Numbered from the stretch's first letter, positions 29,206 through 38,824 are shown. The stretch: DNA of 64,000 nt from a bacterium (GCA_021803465.1 JAJZLL010000011.1:913-64912); one strand, 5' to 3'. Numbers and translations are program-made. The notes: generated from the sequence alone by a model not told the origin.

Positions 29206-30473
29206 TATCGGTCTACATCCCCCAATACTATGTCGATCGATCCAATGATTGCGACAGTGTCTGCTATGAGATGCCCACGCGTCATGCTCGGAAGGCCAGC
29301 GAGATTGCTGAAGGATGGTGCCCGGACTTTGCACCGGTAGGGCCTGTTGCTGCCATCGCTCACAATGTAGTATCCGAGTTCCCCACGTGCGGACTCGATA
29401 GCCGTGTACGTGGTTCCTTTGGGAGGATGCATGCCCTCAGTGACAAGCTTGAAGTGGTTGATGAGGGATTCCATGCTCGTGTTGATCTCATTTCTTGGCG
29501 GTGGCGACACCTTCCGGTTCATTGAGGTGACTGGCCCATCTGGAAGCCTTCTCAGTGCCTGGTCGATGATCTTGAGCGATTCACGCATTTCCTGCATCCT
29601 GCAGAGGTAGCGGTCATAGACATCCCCATGTGTTCCAATCGGAACGTCGAAGGCAAATTCCTCATAGCCACAGTAGGGCTGGGCTTTCCTGAGGTCATAG
29701 GGAATCCCGGATCCACGTAGGCTTGGACCACTGAGGCCATACGCCACTGCATCCTCCCTGCTGATAACGCCAATCCCTATTGTCCTGTCACGGAAGATCG
29801 GGTTGTTCGTCACGAGGAGCTCATATTCGTCAAAGGCTTTTGGGAACGTATCGAGCACATGCTGAACCATTTCCACAAATCCGTCAGGCACATCCGCCAT
29901 GAGTCCGCCTATGCGAATGAATGAGGTGTGCATCCGCACTCCACTGATGAACTCGTTGATGTCGAGAATGGTCTCGCGCTCTCGCCAGGCATACATGAAG
30001 GGGGAAGTCGCGCCCATGTCCATGGCACTCGTGCCAAACCAGATGAGATGGCTTGCAACTCGTGTGAGTTCCGACAGGATCACGCGGAGATATCGTGCAC
30101 GCTCGGGCACCTCGATGCCAAGCAGTTTTTCCACTGCAAGGGCAAAACCCAGATTGTTGAGCATCGGGCCAAGGTAGTCCATGCGGTCCGTATAGGGAAC
30201 GCACTGCCAGTACGTGTGTGACTCGAATGACTTCTCGAAGCCTGTGTGGAGATAGCCGATGTCTGGCCTGCATTCTTTCACAACCTCGCCATCGAGATCG
30301 AGGACAAGCCTGAGCACACCATGCGTTGACGGATGCTGTGGACCCATGTTGAGCTCCATCGTCCCGTCCTCAAGCCGCGTCGCATCGATGGCACTGTTCT
30401 CAGGATCAAGTCCGACTGCAGCACGGCCGCGTGCGAATTCGTCCATCTCCTCTCCCCTGTTGTCGCGCGCCAC
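29205..30473 (-). CDS. nuoD: NADH-quinone oxidoreductase subunit D
   Basis: 49-kDa subunit motifs (MELNMGPQHPSTHGVLRL...). Confidence 0.9.
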   Translation of the reverse strand: MARDNRGEEMDEFARGRAAVGLDPENSAIDATRLEDGTMELNMGPQHPSTHGVLRLVLDLDGEVVKECRPDIGYLHTGFEKSFESHTYWQCVPYTDRMDYLGPMLNNLGFALAVEKLLGIEVPERARYLRVILSELTRVASHLIWFGTSAMDMGATSPFMYAWRERETILDINEFISGVRMHTSFIRIGGLMADVPDGFVEMVQHVLDTFPKAFDEYELLVTNNPIFRDRTIGIGVISREDAVAYGLSGPSLRGSGIPYDLRKAQPYCGYEEFAFDVPIGTHGDVYDRYLCRMQEMRESLKIIDQALRRLPDGPVTSMNRKVSPPPRNEINTSMESLINHFKLVTEGMHPPKGTTYTAIESARGELGYYIVSDGSNRPYRCKVRAPSFSNLAGLPSMTRGHLIADTVAIIGSIDIVLGDVDR

Positions 30474-31066
30474 TACTCCATCTCCCCTGGCATCGTGTCT
30501 GGACGCTGCGCCTCCTGGAGTGCCCAGTCTAGATTGTGCGTGAAGGCAACTGGCTCGCCAAAGGAAATGTAGTCCTTCCGAAGAGGATGGCCCTCCCAGT
30601 CACTGGGAAGGAGAATCCTCTTGAGGTCATGATGTCCATCGAACACGATCCCAAAGAGATCGAACGTCTCCCGCTCATGCCAGTCCATGCCTGCAAACAA
30701 GTCCTCAAGGGTTGGAACATGGGGGTCCTGCTCCGTGACACGGACGACAATCTGGACCACGTCATTAAAAGGAAGAGAGCGGAACACGTACACGACGTCA
30801 AAACGGGGGAGATCCGGCTCCCTGTCAGGGTAATCAACTGCAGTCACCAGGACAGGAAGATTGTAGAGTGCCTCATGATGGTCCCGAAGGAGCTTCACCA
30901 CTTCGACAAGCTCACTGCGGTCAACGACGAGGGTGAGCTCACTGCATGACTCATGCTCCTCGAGGATTGACGCAGGCATGAGCCGTCTCAGGAGATCCCT
31001 GGCACGGCTTCCAGCCACTTCGGAAACTGCTGCTTCCCGCCCCTCTGTCACGCCATGTCCCCCCAC
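30473..31066 (-). CDS. nuoC: NADH-quinone oxidoreductase subunit C
   Basis: 30-kDa subunit family; position between nuoB and nuoD. Confidence 0.85.
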   Translation of the reverse strand: MGGHGVTEGREAAVSEVAGSRARDLLRRLMPASILEEHESCSELTLVVDRSELVEVVKLLRDHHEALYNLPVLVTAVDYPDREPDLPRFDVVYVFRSLPFNDVVQIVVRVTEQDPHVPTLEDLFAGMDWHERETFDLFGIVFDGHHDLKRILLPSDWEGHPLRKDYISFGEPVAFTHNLDWALQEAQRPDTMPGEME

Positions 31067-31623
31067 AGTTTCGGATCCTGCTCATGCGCAATCTTCTTCT
31101 GAAGCTTCACAACAGCATCGAGCAGGCTCTCTGGCCTAGGTGGGCAGCCTGGAATGAAGATGTCAACGGGAACCACCTTGTCCACACCCTGGACAATGGC
31201 ATAGTTGTTGAACATTCCGCCACTTGAGGCGCACGCACCCATGCTGATGACCCATTTGGGTTCCGCCATCTGGTCATACACCTGCCGCAGCACTGGTGCC
31301 ATTTTCTGTGAGACTCTTCCCGCAACAATCATGACATCGGACTGCCGTGGCGAAGCCCTGAACACCTCGGATCCGAAGCGTGCCATGTCATACCTTGCCG
31401 CTCCCGTCCCCATCATCTCGATTGCGCAGCATGCGAGTCCAAAAAGGGCAGGCCACAGGGAACTGTACCTTCCCCATTTCACCACCTTGTCAAGTGTCGT
31501 CGTGATGAATCCGCTCTGCACAGCCAGCCGTTCGCCCTCTAGCGAGCGTGGGAGAGCGATTGTCCCCTCATCGCTTGCGCGAAGCCATGGCTCTGCAATC
31601 ACTGGAAGGGTATGCTCATTCAT
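31048..31623 (-). CDS. nuoB: NADH-quinone oxidoreductase subunit B
   Basis: LACCAIEMM and GCPPRPE cluster-N2 ligating motifs. Confidence 0.9.
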   Translation of the reverse strand: MNEHTLPVIAEPWLRASDEGTIALPRSLEGERLAVQSGFITTTLDKVVKWGRYSSLWPALFGLACCAIEMMGTGAARYDMARFGSEVFRASPRQSDVMIVAGRVSQKMAPVLRQVYDQMAEPKWVISMGACASSGGMFNNYAIVQGVDKVVPVDIFIPGCPPRPESLLDAVVKLQKKIAHEQDPKLWGDMA

Positions 31624-31975
31624 CCCACTTCAGCGCCCCCTTGCGCCACACATACACGAGCCCCAGAAAGAGCGTCGCGATAAATACTCCCATCTCAATG
31701 ATGCCAAACACCTTCAGTTCCCGCACGATCGTGGCCCACGGAAAGAGAAAGACGGATTCCACATCAAACACGATGAAGAGCATTGCTGTCACATAGAACC
31801 CAATCGCAAATCTTCGGTGCGCCTGCTCTGCGGGCACTATGCCTGACTCGTAGGGAACATCCTTTGCAGCAAGATGTCGCTTCGGACCAACGAACGAAGC
31901 CACGATGGGCACGACCACTCCGAACGCAAGGCAGACGATGAGAAAAACGATGAGTGGGAGGTAGTTGCTTAACAT
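31616..31975 (-). CDS. nuoA: NADH-quinone oxidoreductase subunit A
   Basis: ~119 aa, three TM helices; first gene of operon; start taken at second Met to avoid overlap with divergent gene. Confidence 0.85.
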   Translation of the reverse strand: MLSNYLPLIVFLIVCLAFGVVVPIVASFVGPKRHLAAKDVPYESGIVPAEQAHRRFAIGFYVTAMLFIVFDVESVFLFPWATIVRELKVFGIIEMGVFIATLFLGLVYVWRKGALKWDE

Positions 31976-32048
31976 CACCCCTATGCTAGCAAAAGGACGG
32001 GCACTCCCTCGGGAGCAGACAGGTCTCCAAGTGCGCTATAACCAGCAC

Positions 32049-32849
32049 ATGGTACTTCCCGCACTTCCCTCATCCATTCCAGTACTTGTGACTGGCGCCT
32101 CGAGCGGAATTGGTGCTGAGTTCGCTCGGCAATTCGCTGAACGTGGCCATGACTGCACACTTGTCGCACGCCGCAAGGACCGCCTTGAGTCACTGGCTGG
32201 CCAACTTGCTGCAGCATACGGCATCACAGCAACGACCCTCACTGCCGATCTCGCAACTCCAGAGGGAGTGGATGCAGTGAAGAAGCACATTGCGACTGCT
32301 TCAGCGTGGATAGTCGTGAACAATGCCGGCTTTGGGACTTCTGGCCCGTTCTCCCACGCTCACATCGAGCGGGATCTCGAGGAGATACGGCTCAATGTGA
32401 GTGCCCTCCATGCCCTCACCCACGCAGCACTGGTGCAGAACCTCCCCCACAGGAGTGGTGGCATCATCAATGTCGCAAGTCTTGCAGGCTTCCAGCCAAT
32501 TCCTTTCATGGCCACGTATGCAGCGACAAAGGCATTCGTCCTCCACTTCACTGAAGCAGTGGCAGAGGAAAATGCTGGCAGCGGAGTCCGCATCATGGCC
32601 CTCTGTCCAGGACCGGTCCCAACGGAATTTGGAACCATTGCCCATGCAGGACCAATGTTCTCCCAGATTCCCTCACTACCTGTCGACCAGTGTGTCCAGC
32701 TTGCACTCCGCGCATTCGACCGCAACCGTGTCATCTGCGTGCCAGGAAACGGCCCAACAGTCCTTTCCGCCCTCTCCCGTCTGGCTCCACGCGCAGTCAT
32801 CCGGAAGTCGCTTGGCCGCGTGCTGAAAGCGGGAATCTCCCGAGGGTGA
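32049..32849 (+). CDS. Short-chain dehydrogenase/reductase (SDR) family oxidoreductase
   Basis: VLVTGASSGIGAEFARQF Rossmann motif; start trimmed to MVLPALPSS... to give a non-overlapping divergent promoter region. Confidence 0.75.
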   Translation: MVLPALPSSIPVLVTGASSGIGAEFARQFAERGHDCTLVARRKDRLESLAGQLAAAYGITATTLTADLATPEGVDAVKKHIATASAWIVVNNAGFGTSGPFSHAHIERDLEEIRLNVSALHALTHAALVQNLPHRSGGIINVASLAGFQPIPFMATYAATKAFVLHFTEAVAEENAGSGVRIMALCPGPVPTEFGTIAHAGPMFSQIPSLPVDQCVQLALRAFDRNRVICVPGNGPTVLSALSRLAPRAVIRKSLGRVLKAGISRG

Positions 32850-32933
32850 TTCGCCGCAGCCCCCTCCTGGAAGTGCAGCTTCCTGCCCTCAAAGCAGCGT
32901 GTTCATGCAGCCCCGGCAGCGCTCTCCCCTGTG

Positions 32934-33494
32934 TCAACGGTGGAGACGATAGCGAAGGTAAATGACGCCACATCTGAAGGTGTGTTCGTCAATAAGCTCA
33001 AGCTGTGCCCGCATGCCATGGGACAGTGCGGGGTTGCGCCCCCCGAGAATGATGGGCCAGATGAACAGTGCAATCTCATCGACCAGACCAGCGGCCATCG
33101 CCTGCGAAGCGAGGTTCGGACCACCGATGAGCATGTCCGTGCTGACAGCATCCTTCATGGCGAGCACTGAACTGGAGACAAACTGGCGTTCAAGCCGCGT
33201 GTTCACTGTGGTCGTTGCGGACAGTGTCGTGGAGTAGACGATCTTCTCCGACTGCTTCCACACTCCCGCAAAGTCTGCAGTGAGTGCTGACTGCCCAGCC
33301 AGGGCGAAGTCCGTTTCCCACACTGCCATCGTTTCGTACATGCGCCGTCCATAGAGGTATGTGCCTGCAGCCCGCATGAGCGTGGTGATGAACGCAAAGA
33401 CGTCATCGTCAGGGCGTGACCAGTCGAAAGCGCTGTGCTCGTCCTCAGTGCAGCCATCGAGCGCCATGTTTGCAGCGTAGATCAGCTTTGCCAT
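32934..33494 (-). CDS. Dihydrofolate reductase-family (RibD C-terminal domain-like) protein
   Basis: MAKLIYAANMALDGC...FDW...GRRMYETM pattern typical of the YwjB/RibD_C-type DHFR family. Confidence 0.65.
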   Translation of the reverse strand: MAKLIYAANMALDGCTEDEHSAFDWSRPDDDVFAFITTLMRAAGTYLYGRRMYETMAVWETDFALAGQSALTADFAGVWKQSEKIVYSTTLSATTTVNTRLERQFVSSSVLAMKDAVSTDMLIGGPNLASQAMAAGLVDEIALFIWPIILGGRNPALSHGMRAQLELIDEHTFRCGVIYLRYRLHR

Positions 33495-33568
33495 GAGAGC
33501 CTACCCCTGGCTTCTGACAGTCTTTGCAGCACTCTCGCACACAGGGGCACTCGATGCCTGGTGCTGCA

Positions 33569-34459
33569 TCAATGCTCCCCGTCAGGAGGATGGAGGCGCA
33601 CTTCCACTGCACCCTCATGCCGTCGGGCTTCGAGCACAGTCTGAGGGCTGGAGGCGGGCCCGTGGACAACCTCTCCTGTTGCAAGATCAAACACACTGTG
33701 GTGCCAGGGGCAGCTCACGCAACCGTCCCCATCGACTTGGCCCTCCACAAGTGGCCCACCAGCGTGGGAGCAGGTGTTGGCGAGGGCATAGATCTTCCTG
33801 TGGTTCTTGTACAGCACAATGTCAGTCCCGCCAGCAGTCACCTTCGTGAGAATGTTCTCCTTGAGGTCCTCGTCCTGGATCACAGCAGTCCAGTGCTCCG
33901 GATATGCTGCGAACGCGCCATGATCCACTCCCATTCCCTTGCGGAGTGTCATATGCCCACCAACATATCCTGCTCCTGCAAGAAGACCAAAGCCACAGAG
34001 CCTGAGTGCACGGGCACGGAGTCCATGGCCACGGAGTCTTGGCCCAAACGAAAGGAGATAGCATGCGAGTCCAGCACCGTTACCCACAGCATGAATGAAG
34101 CCAATCCGCTTCTCCTCACCGTAGGAGTCGACCCAGTCTGCAAGACCGCTCGCCACTGTGGGGACTGCTGCGAGAAGTCCGGCTGCGACGAGGAAATCGC
34201 TGCTTCTGCGAGCATGTCTGGTTCCCACCAGGTGAAGCAGGGTGGCTGAAGCAAGGGTACCAATGACAGCGTCAGTCAGTGCTGGGTGCACTGCGTGGCC
34301 GAGCCACCCGCCAGTGAGAGCGTCTTTCATATCGCCCTGTGGAAGGATCTCCCCCACGAGGTTCTGCAATGCATCCGCATACTGGTCCAGCCGTTCATCC
34401 CGGGCAAGCTGCTCAAGCAGATGCTCCAACTGTCGCCGTGCTCCTCGCTCCATCGACAT
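33569..34459 (-). CDS. Rieske [2Fe-2S] domain protein with N-terminal membrane (DUF2231-like) domain
   Basis: CSHAGGPL...CPWHHSVF Rieske ligands in C-terminal half; N-terminal half hydrophobic. Confidence 0.7.
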   Translation of the reverse strand: MSMERGARRQLEHLLEQLARDERLDQYADALQNLVGEILPQGDMKDALTGGWLGHAVHPALTDAVIGTLASATLLHLVGTRHARRSSDFLVAAGLLAAVPTVASGLADWVDSYGEEKRIGFIHAVGNGAGLACYLLSFGPRLRGHGLRARALRLCGFGLLAGAGYVGGHMTLRKGMGVDHGAFAAYPEHWTAVIQDEDLKENILTKVTAGGTDIVLYKNHRKIYALANTCSHAGGPLVEGQVDGDGCVSCPWHHSVFDLATGEVVHGPASSPQTVLEARRHEGAVEVRLHPPDGEH

Positions 34460-34552
34460 GCTGCTCCTCCATCACTTCCGTATTCAGGTCTCACACGAAA
34501 ACAGGGAATCCGGCATCGGATCCCCTGTTCGTGGATCAATTCATGGTATTGG

Positions 34553-34840
34553 CTAGTGGAATGTCGAAGAAACCGAAGACTCAGTCTCACGATACGAATT
34601 CGCTGCCTGGTGCAACTTGGCAGCAATCTGTGTCAGTGCGTCCTGCAGCTGTCGTGCTCCCGAGTTCCATTCCTGATACAGCCCATCAAAATTCTCGTGG
34701 GCAACACCACTCCACACGGACTGGAGTGCGTCCACCTGCGATCGAAGCTGTGTCAGGATCTGCTCAATATTGTCATTTGCCGATGTCGCGTTGTTTCCCG
34801 CCTGATCCACGTCATCAGGAGTTACTGCAAAACCACTCAT
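34553..34840 (-). CDS. WXG100-family (ESAT-6/EsxA-like) type VII secretion substrate
   Basis: 95 aa, helix-turn-helix with central W-S-G (QSVWSGVAHENF); typical WXG100 length and N-terminal ...VTPDDV... start. Confidence 0.75.
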   Translation of the reverse strand: MSGFAVTPDDVDQAGNNATSANDNIEQILTQLRSQVDALQSVWSGVAHENFDGLYQEWNSGARQLQDALTQIAAKLHQAANSYRETESSVSSTFH

Positions 34841-35047
34841 TTCGACTCCTCAACTGCAATGCATTCCTCCACCCGTCAGGGCTTGGTGCCAGTATAGGTG
34901 GAGTCATTTCCGGGCAGGGCTTCCTGTCACCCCATTGTTACCGCTTCGCAGACTTCCACAGTTCGAGTGTTTCAGCGCACAAGGACACTGCTGCTCCTGA
35001 GCCGTGCCCTTCCCGAAGGTGCCCAGAATTCTCTACACTGCTTACAC

Positions 35048-35257
35048 ATGGCAGAACCAATTTCGTCATCTGCAGCGCTCAGTGATTCCACTTTGCTCGA
35101 CTCGAGGTGTTCCCTCGCACACCAGACTGAGCGCAATTCCTCCGAGCGATTTCAGGACATCTTCGTGGAGGCGGAGGAGGCAGCAGCGAGCCGTGGGCTT
35201 ACCGAGGAAGACATCGTCGATGCAGTCCACAGGGCACGGAGGGCGCTTTCGCGATGA
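35048..35257 (+). CDS. Putative antitoxin partner of PIN toxin
   Basis: ~69-aa sub-ORF (MAEPISSS...EEDIVDAVHRARRALSR) ending with ATGA overlap onto PIN gene start; precise start uncertain. Confidence 0.4.
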   Translation: MAEPISSSAALSDSTLLDSRCSLAHQTERNSSERFQDIFVEAEEAAASRGLTEEDIVDAVHRARRALSR

Positions 35258-35700
35258 CGACAGCTCCCCCACAGGGTCCTCCAACACGGGTCGTCTTCGA
35301 CACCACAGTCCTTATCGGCGCAGTGTACTTCAATGGCGTCATGCGACGGGCCCTCATGTCCACAACACGGCCTAATGTTCAGCTCTACACGAGCTACCGC
35401 ATCCTTTCCGAGTTCTACTGGACATGTGCGAACGATCCGAGATTCCGCACCAGGCGACAGCACTACAAGACACTCTGGACCATGCTGCGTGCGAAGACTG
35501 TGGCTCCAGCTGGCATACCACCAACATGCCCAGATCCCAATGACGACCATGTGCTCGGAGCTGCAGTCACTGCGAAAGCTGACATGATCGTGAGCACTGA
35601 CCATCATCTGCTCAATATGAAGGAGTTCCGCGGAATTCCCATCGTCACTCCCGCGGAATATCTCAAATCGCTTGTGCGACCCGAGAGGTCAGTCGGGTAG
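35254..35700 (+). CDS. PIN-domain protein (VapC-like toxin)
   Basis: VVFDTTVLI...PDPNDDHVLGAAVTAKADMIVSTD: conserved acidic residues of a PIN nuclease fold. Confidence 0.65.
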   Translation: MTTAPPQGPPTRVVFDTTVLIGAVYFNGVMRRALMSTTRPNVQLYTSYRILSEFYWTCANDPRFRTRRQHYKTLWTMLRAKTVAPAGIPPTCPDPNDDHVLGAAVTAKADMIVSTDHHLLNMKEFRGIPIVTPAEYLKSLVRPERSVG

Positions 35701-35725
35701 GTTCACCCTTCCTTTCCAGTGGTTC

Positions 35726-36964
35726 CTATCCAGCAGCAAGATGGGTCTGGTAGTGTTCCAGTGCAGAACCGGTCATTTTCCACCCTGCAATCCTCACCTG
35801 GTCAGGAAGCAGTGGCCCAATGAAGTTTTCCGGCACTGGTTGAATGGCAGAAGATGTCCAGCCGGGCACCCGAATATCCGTTGGCAGAAGGGGACCGATG
35901 AAATTTCCAGGAACGAGGGTCACGCTGTTCGGATCAATGCCCTTCGGAATGGTGATGGACAGCGTTGCTGGTACTGTGGGCACAGCAGGTTTTGCACCAG
36001 AAGGTGGTGGCGGAGCAGCTGATGCCCGTTCCTGTACCATCGTGGCAACGGCTGATGACGTGCTGGAAAGCATCTGCAGTCCCGTGGCAGCAACTACACC
36101 ATCCGGAGGAAAGGTGAGCCTCTCACCAGGATAGATGATGGTGTTGGGATTGCCACCGAGCTTGGGATTTGCAGCGACAAGCTTCGTGTAATCCTCGCCA
36201 TTGCCGTACAGTGCCTGCGCAATTGCCCAGAGACTGTCACCCTCATTGATGACCACAGTATCCGGCTTCCAGGGAAGGAGAGAATCTGCTCCTGGCGTAG
36301 TGGAGACAGGCAGGACGAAACTTGACTTGAGAAAGGAGTTCTGGGAGAGGGAGTCGAGTGCTGCGGAAAATTGTGGTTTCATCTCGACTGTGAGTGCGTT
36401 GAGGAGGCTGTTCCAGGCATTCCTGAGGGAGGATGTCATCTGGGCATATTCGTCTGCACGTCCGGGATTCTCGAGGAACAGCATTGCGCCGTGTCCAAGA
36501 GGCAGGATGGCACCTGGAGCGGAAATGAACGTTGCGCTTGGCTTCTCGTGTGCGACATACAGCCATATTTCTCCATTGTTCCGGAGTACTGCCTGGTTCC
36601 CATTCGCATAGCAGAAATCCACCTGCGAGTAGTACCACTGGTTGAGTGCAGTCCACTCCGCCTGCACAGTGCCAAGGGTCGTCGCATACTGTGCAATGGC
36701 GTTGCCCATTTCAGTGGCAAACGAGCCCACGGTCGAACAGCTGTCTGACAGCGATTTCAGCGCAGTTGCGCAGGCATGCTGGGCTGTTCCACGCCAATCC
36801 GTCATCGATGCATCGACCCAAATGACGCCGTGCCCAAGATCCGAGAGGAACGTTCCCTCCTGTTGAAGCGTCTGTGCCAGCTGGTGGAGCGCACCCGGAT
36901 CGCCAGGAGGCGGGGGCGGGGGGTTCCACTCGTTTTCAGTCCAGGATGTTCCACCCATGTTCAT
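35726..36964 (-). CDS. WXG100-like N-terminal domain + LysM peptidoglycan-binding domain + C-terminal tandem-repeat protein
   Basis: N-terminal helical region with W-R-G (SMTDWRGTAQ); LysM at aa ~236-286 (DTVVINEGDSLWAIAQALYGNGEDYTKLVAANP...IYPGERLTFP); two C-terminal repeats VPGNFIGPLLPTDIRVPGW / VPENFIGPLLPDQVRIAGW. Confidence 0.6.
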   Translation of the reverse strand: MNMGGTSWTENEWNPPPPPPGDPGALHQLAQTLQQEGTFLSDLGHGVIWVDASMTDWRGTAQHACATALKSLSDSCSTVGSFATEMGNAIAQYATTLGTVQAEWTALNQWYYSQVDFCYANGNQAVLRNNGEIWLYVAHEKPSATFISAPGAILPLGHGAMLFLENPGRADEYAQMTSSLRNAWNSLLNALTVEMKPQFSAALDSLSQNSFLKSSFVLPVSTTPGADSLLPWKPDTVVINEGDSLWAIAQALYGNGEDYTKLVAANPKLGGNPNTIIYPGERLTFPPDGVVAATGLQMLSSTSSAVATMVQERASAAPPPPSGAKPAVPTVPATLSITIPKGIDPNSVTLVPGNFIGPLLPTDIRVPGWTSSAIQPVPENFIGPLLPDQVRIAGWKMTGSALEHYQTHLAAG

Positions 36965-37010
36965 TTCTCCTCACGCTTCGATGTCCTGCACCAGGATGTG
37001 ACGAGCAGCA

Positions 37011-37337
37011 TCATCGGGGACCGTGCAGGGGTGTGAAAGCTCTCGACGTTGCGCCTTCGGTCTGCTCGTAGGCGGATGCTGCCTGTTCGAGCGCTGAGGC
37101 TGCATTGGCTAACGCATCGTGTATCTGGCCTGCTGCCCGGGACAGGGTCGAGACCGCATACTGGATAGCCCCATCCGGATAGATCTGCTGCGCATTCCAG
37201 TCATCCCCGCTCGGATTGAGCTTTGCGCATGAGCTGGCATCATCCGCCGCTTTTGATGCTAGAGCCTTGAGCTCTCCGGCTGCTGCATGCAGCTGATCAG
37301 GCAGCACCTGCATGCCTCCTGGTACAAGTTGTGCCAT
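37011..37337 (-). CDS. WXG100-like small helical protein (EsxB/CFP-10-like partner)
   Basis: ~108 aa, MAQLVPGGMQVLPDQLHAAAGELKALA... with conserved W (DDWNAQQ) at the hairpin; strong SD GGAGGAG upstream of chosen ATG. Confidence 0.5.
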   Translation of the reverse strand: MAQLVPGGMQVLPDQLHAAAGELKALASKAADDASSCAKLNPSGDDWNAQQIYPDGAIQYAVSTLSRAAGQIHDALANAASALEQAASAYEQTEGATSRAFTPLHGPR

Positions 37338-37466
37338 GTTGCTCCTCCGCCAAGATCCGTCTGAACGAAAGTGTACGCATGTGCAGCAGCAGAGTTTCAC
37401 ATGTGCCGGGATTGTTACGCGAGTGCAACCTGCAGCCAGAGGACATGGCCCCGACCAGAACGGAGC

Positions 37467-37871
37467 CTACTCAAGCCCTCCCCGATCCCGTCGGTCCAGT
37501 CTGGCTTGGAACATGGCGTCAAGCGATGGAACCACCCGCTCCTCGAGTATGCGCAGACGGGTCCGTGTGCTTTGGGACAGCTGATGAGGATCCGCCACTT
37601 TCGAGGGACCCCGTTTCGCATCGGCCCGGAACTGGTCACGTGTGATATCGAGTTCCTCTCCGGATGGAAGGACAAGGAGGTAATGCGGCACATTGTCATA
37701 CGTTGTGCGGAGGATCGTGCCTCCCAGATACTCGTGCAGGATGAGTGTTGTCACAGCGCACTGTCCAGCCGATGGAAGTTCCCTAGACCACTGCTCTGCC
37801 TTCCAGGCAGTTGAAGCATCCCACGCACGCTCAAAGACCTGTCGAATCGCTGCCACGCGCTGTGAATCCAT
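37467..37871 (-). CDS. Conserved hypothetical protein (GQCAVT...LGG-I-RT...HY motif; possibly YunG-like)
   Basis: 134-aa sub-ORF with strong SD AGGAGGGGGA before ATG; first gene of the minus-strand WXG100 cluster. Confidence 0.45.
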   Translation of the reverse strand: MDSQRVAAIRQVFERAWDASTAWKAEQWSRELPSAGQCAVTTLILHEYLGGTILRTTYDNVPHYLLVLPSGEELDITRDQFRADAKRGPSKVADPHQLSQSTRTRLRILEERVVPSLDAMFQARLDRRDRGGLE

Positions 37872-37963
37872 GCTCCCCCTCCTGAAGTATCGTAGGTACA
37901 TTAACATGTCACCTCGACCTTCGTCCAGAGGGATGCCCAGTGGATATCCGGGAGTAGTCGTTC

Positions 37964-38743
37964 GTGTCCAGTCAGCGCACATCGCTTTGGCACATGGTCG
38001 ATCCAGCAGCGTACGATTCAGTGCGTCCACGATATCCCCGGACTCTGCTTGACCTGTGTGCCGATGTGCTTGGCATCACTTCATCGACACGGTTACTCGA
38101 AGTGGGCGCAGGAACAGGAATTGCCACTCGCGAATTCCTCGAATGGGGGTGTGAGATCGATGCGCTTGAGCCGGATGCGCGCTTCGCACACTATCTCGGA
38201 GCGCACATCCCTTCCTCCCGGCTGTCCATCCACACCTGCGACCTTGCGGACTGGTGCACTGCGACTCCTGCCCACCATGCCATCGCTGCCAGCAGCTGGC
38301 ACTGGATCGAGAAGGAAAGGTCTTGTGCAGCCCTGGAGAATGCAGTCCTCCCAGGGGGCCTTCTTGCAGTGCTCGAGTATCACCACTGCGCAGGTGGAGA
38401 CATGGAAGCGTTTACCAAAATCCACGACATGGATCCTCAGCATCGCTCGCCACGCATCCGGAGTGCTGCGGATGTGGAAGGGACCATCCGTGCTCAATGG
38501 ATGCCGCACAGTCCTGTGCTTCCACCCACTACCGTTGAAGTGGCCATTCCCTATACAGCCGCTTCGTACCTCGCGCTCATTCGAACGTACCCTGACATTC
38601 TTGGCCTTTCCCCACCCGAATACGAGCAGGTCTGCTCTGCTGCCTCCACCATCATCGATGCCCTTCCAGACCGCACCATCATCAAGAACTACCTGTTTTC
38701 CCTCACCATCATCCGCATCACCTCGACAGGATCACGACAGTAG
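37964..38743 (+). CDS. Class I SAM-dependent methyltransferase
   Basis: LLEVGAGTGIATREFL...ALEPD motif I / post-I. Confidence 0.7.
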   Translation: MSSQRTSLWHMVDPAAYDSVRPRYPRTLLDLCADVLGITSSTRLLEVGAGTGIATREFLEWGCEIDALEPDARFAHYLGAHIPSSRLSIHTCDLADWCTATPAHHAIAASSWHWIEKERSCAALENAVLPGGLLAVLEYHHCAGGDMEAFTKIHDMDPQHRSPRIRSAADVEGTIRAQWMPHSPVLPPTTVEVAIPYTAASYLALIRTYPDILGLSPPEYEQVCSAASTIIDALPDRTIIKNYLFSLTIIRITSTGSRQ

Positions 38744-38824
38744 CCTCAGCGCCTAGCGGACCGAGCAGTGAAACAACGACAATGGTGGGAAGATCGACAG
38801 ATCTCACATGGAGCATCCCACACA

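Noticed and set aside
38049-38756. 235-aa plus-strand ORF overlapping the methyltransferase gene in another frame
   Set aside because: The methyltransferase frame carries clear SAM-binding motifs; the alternate frame is Pro/Ser/Arg-rich noise
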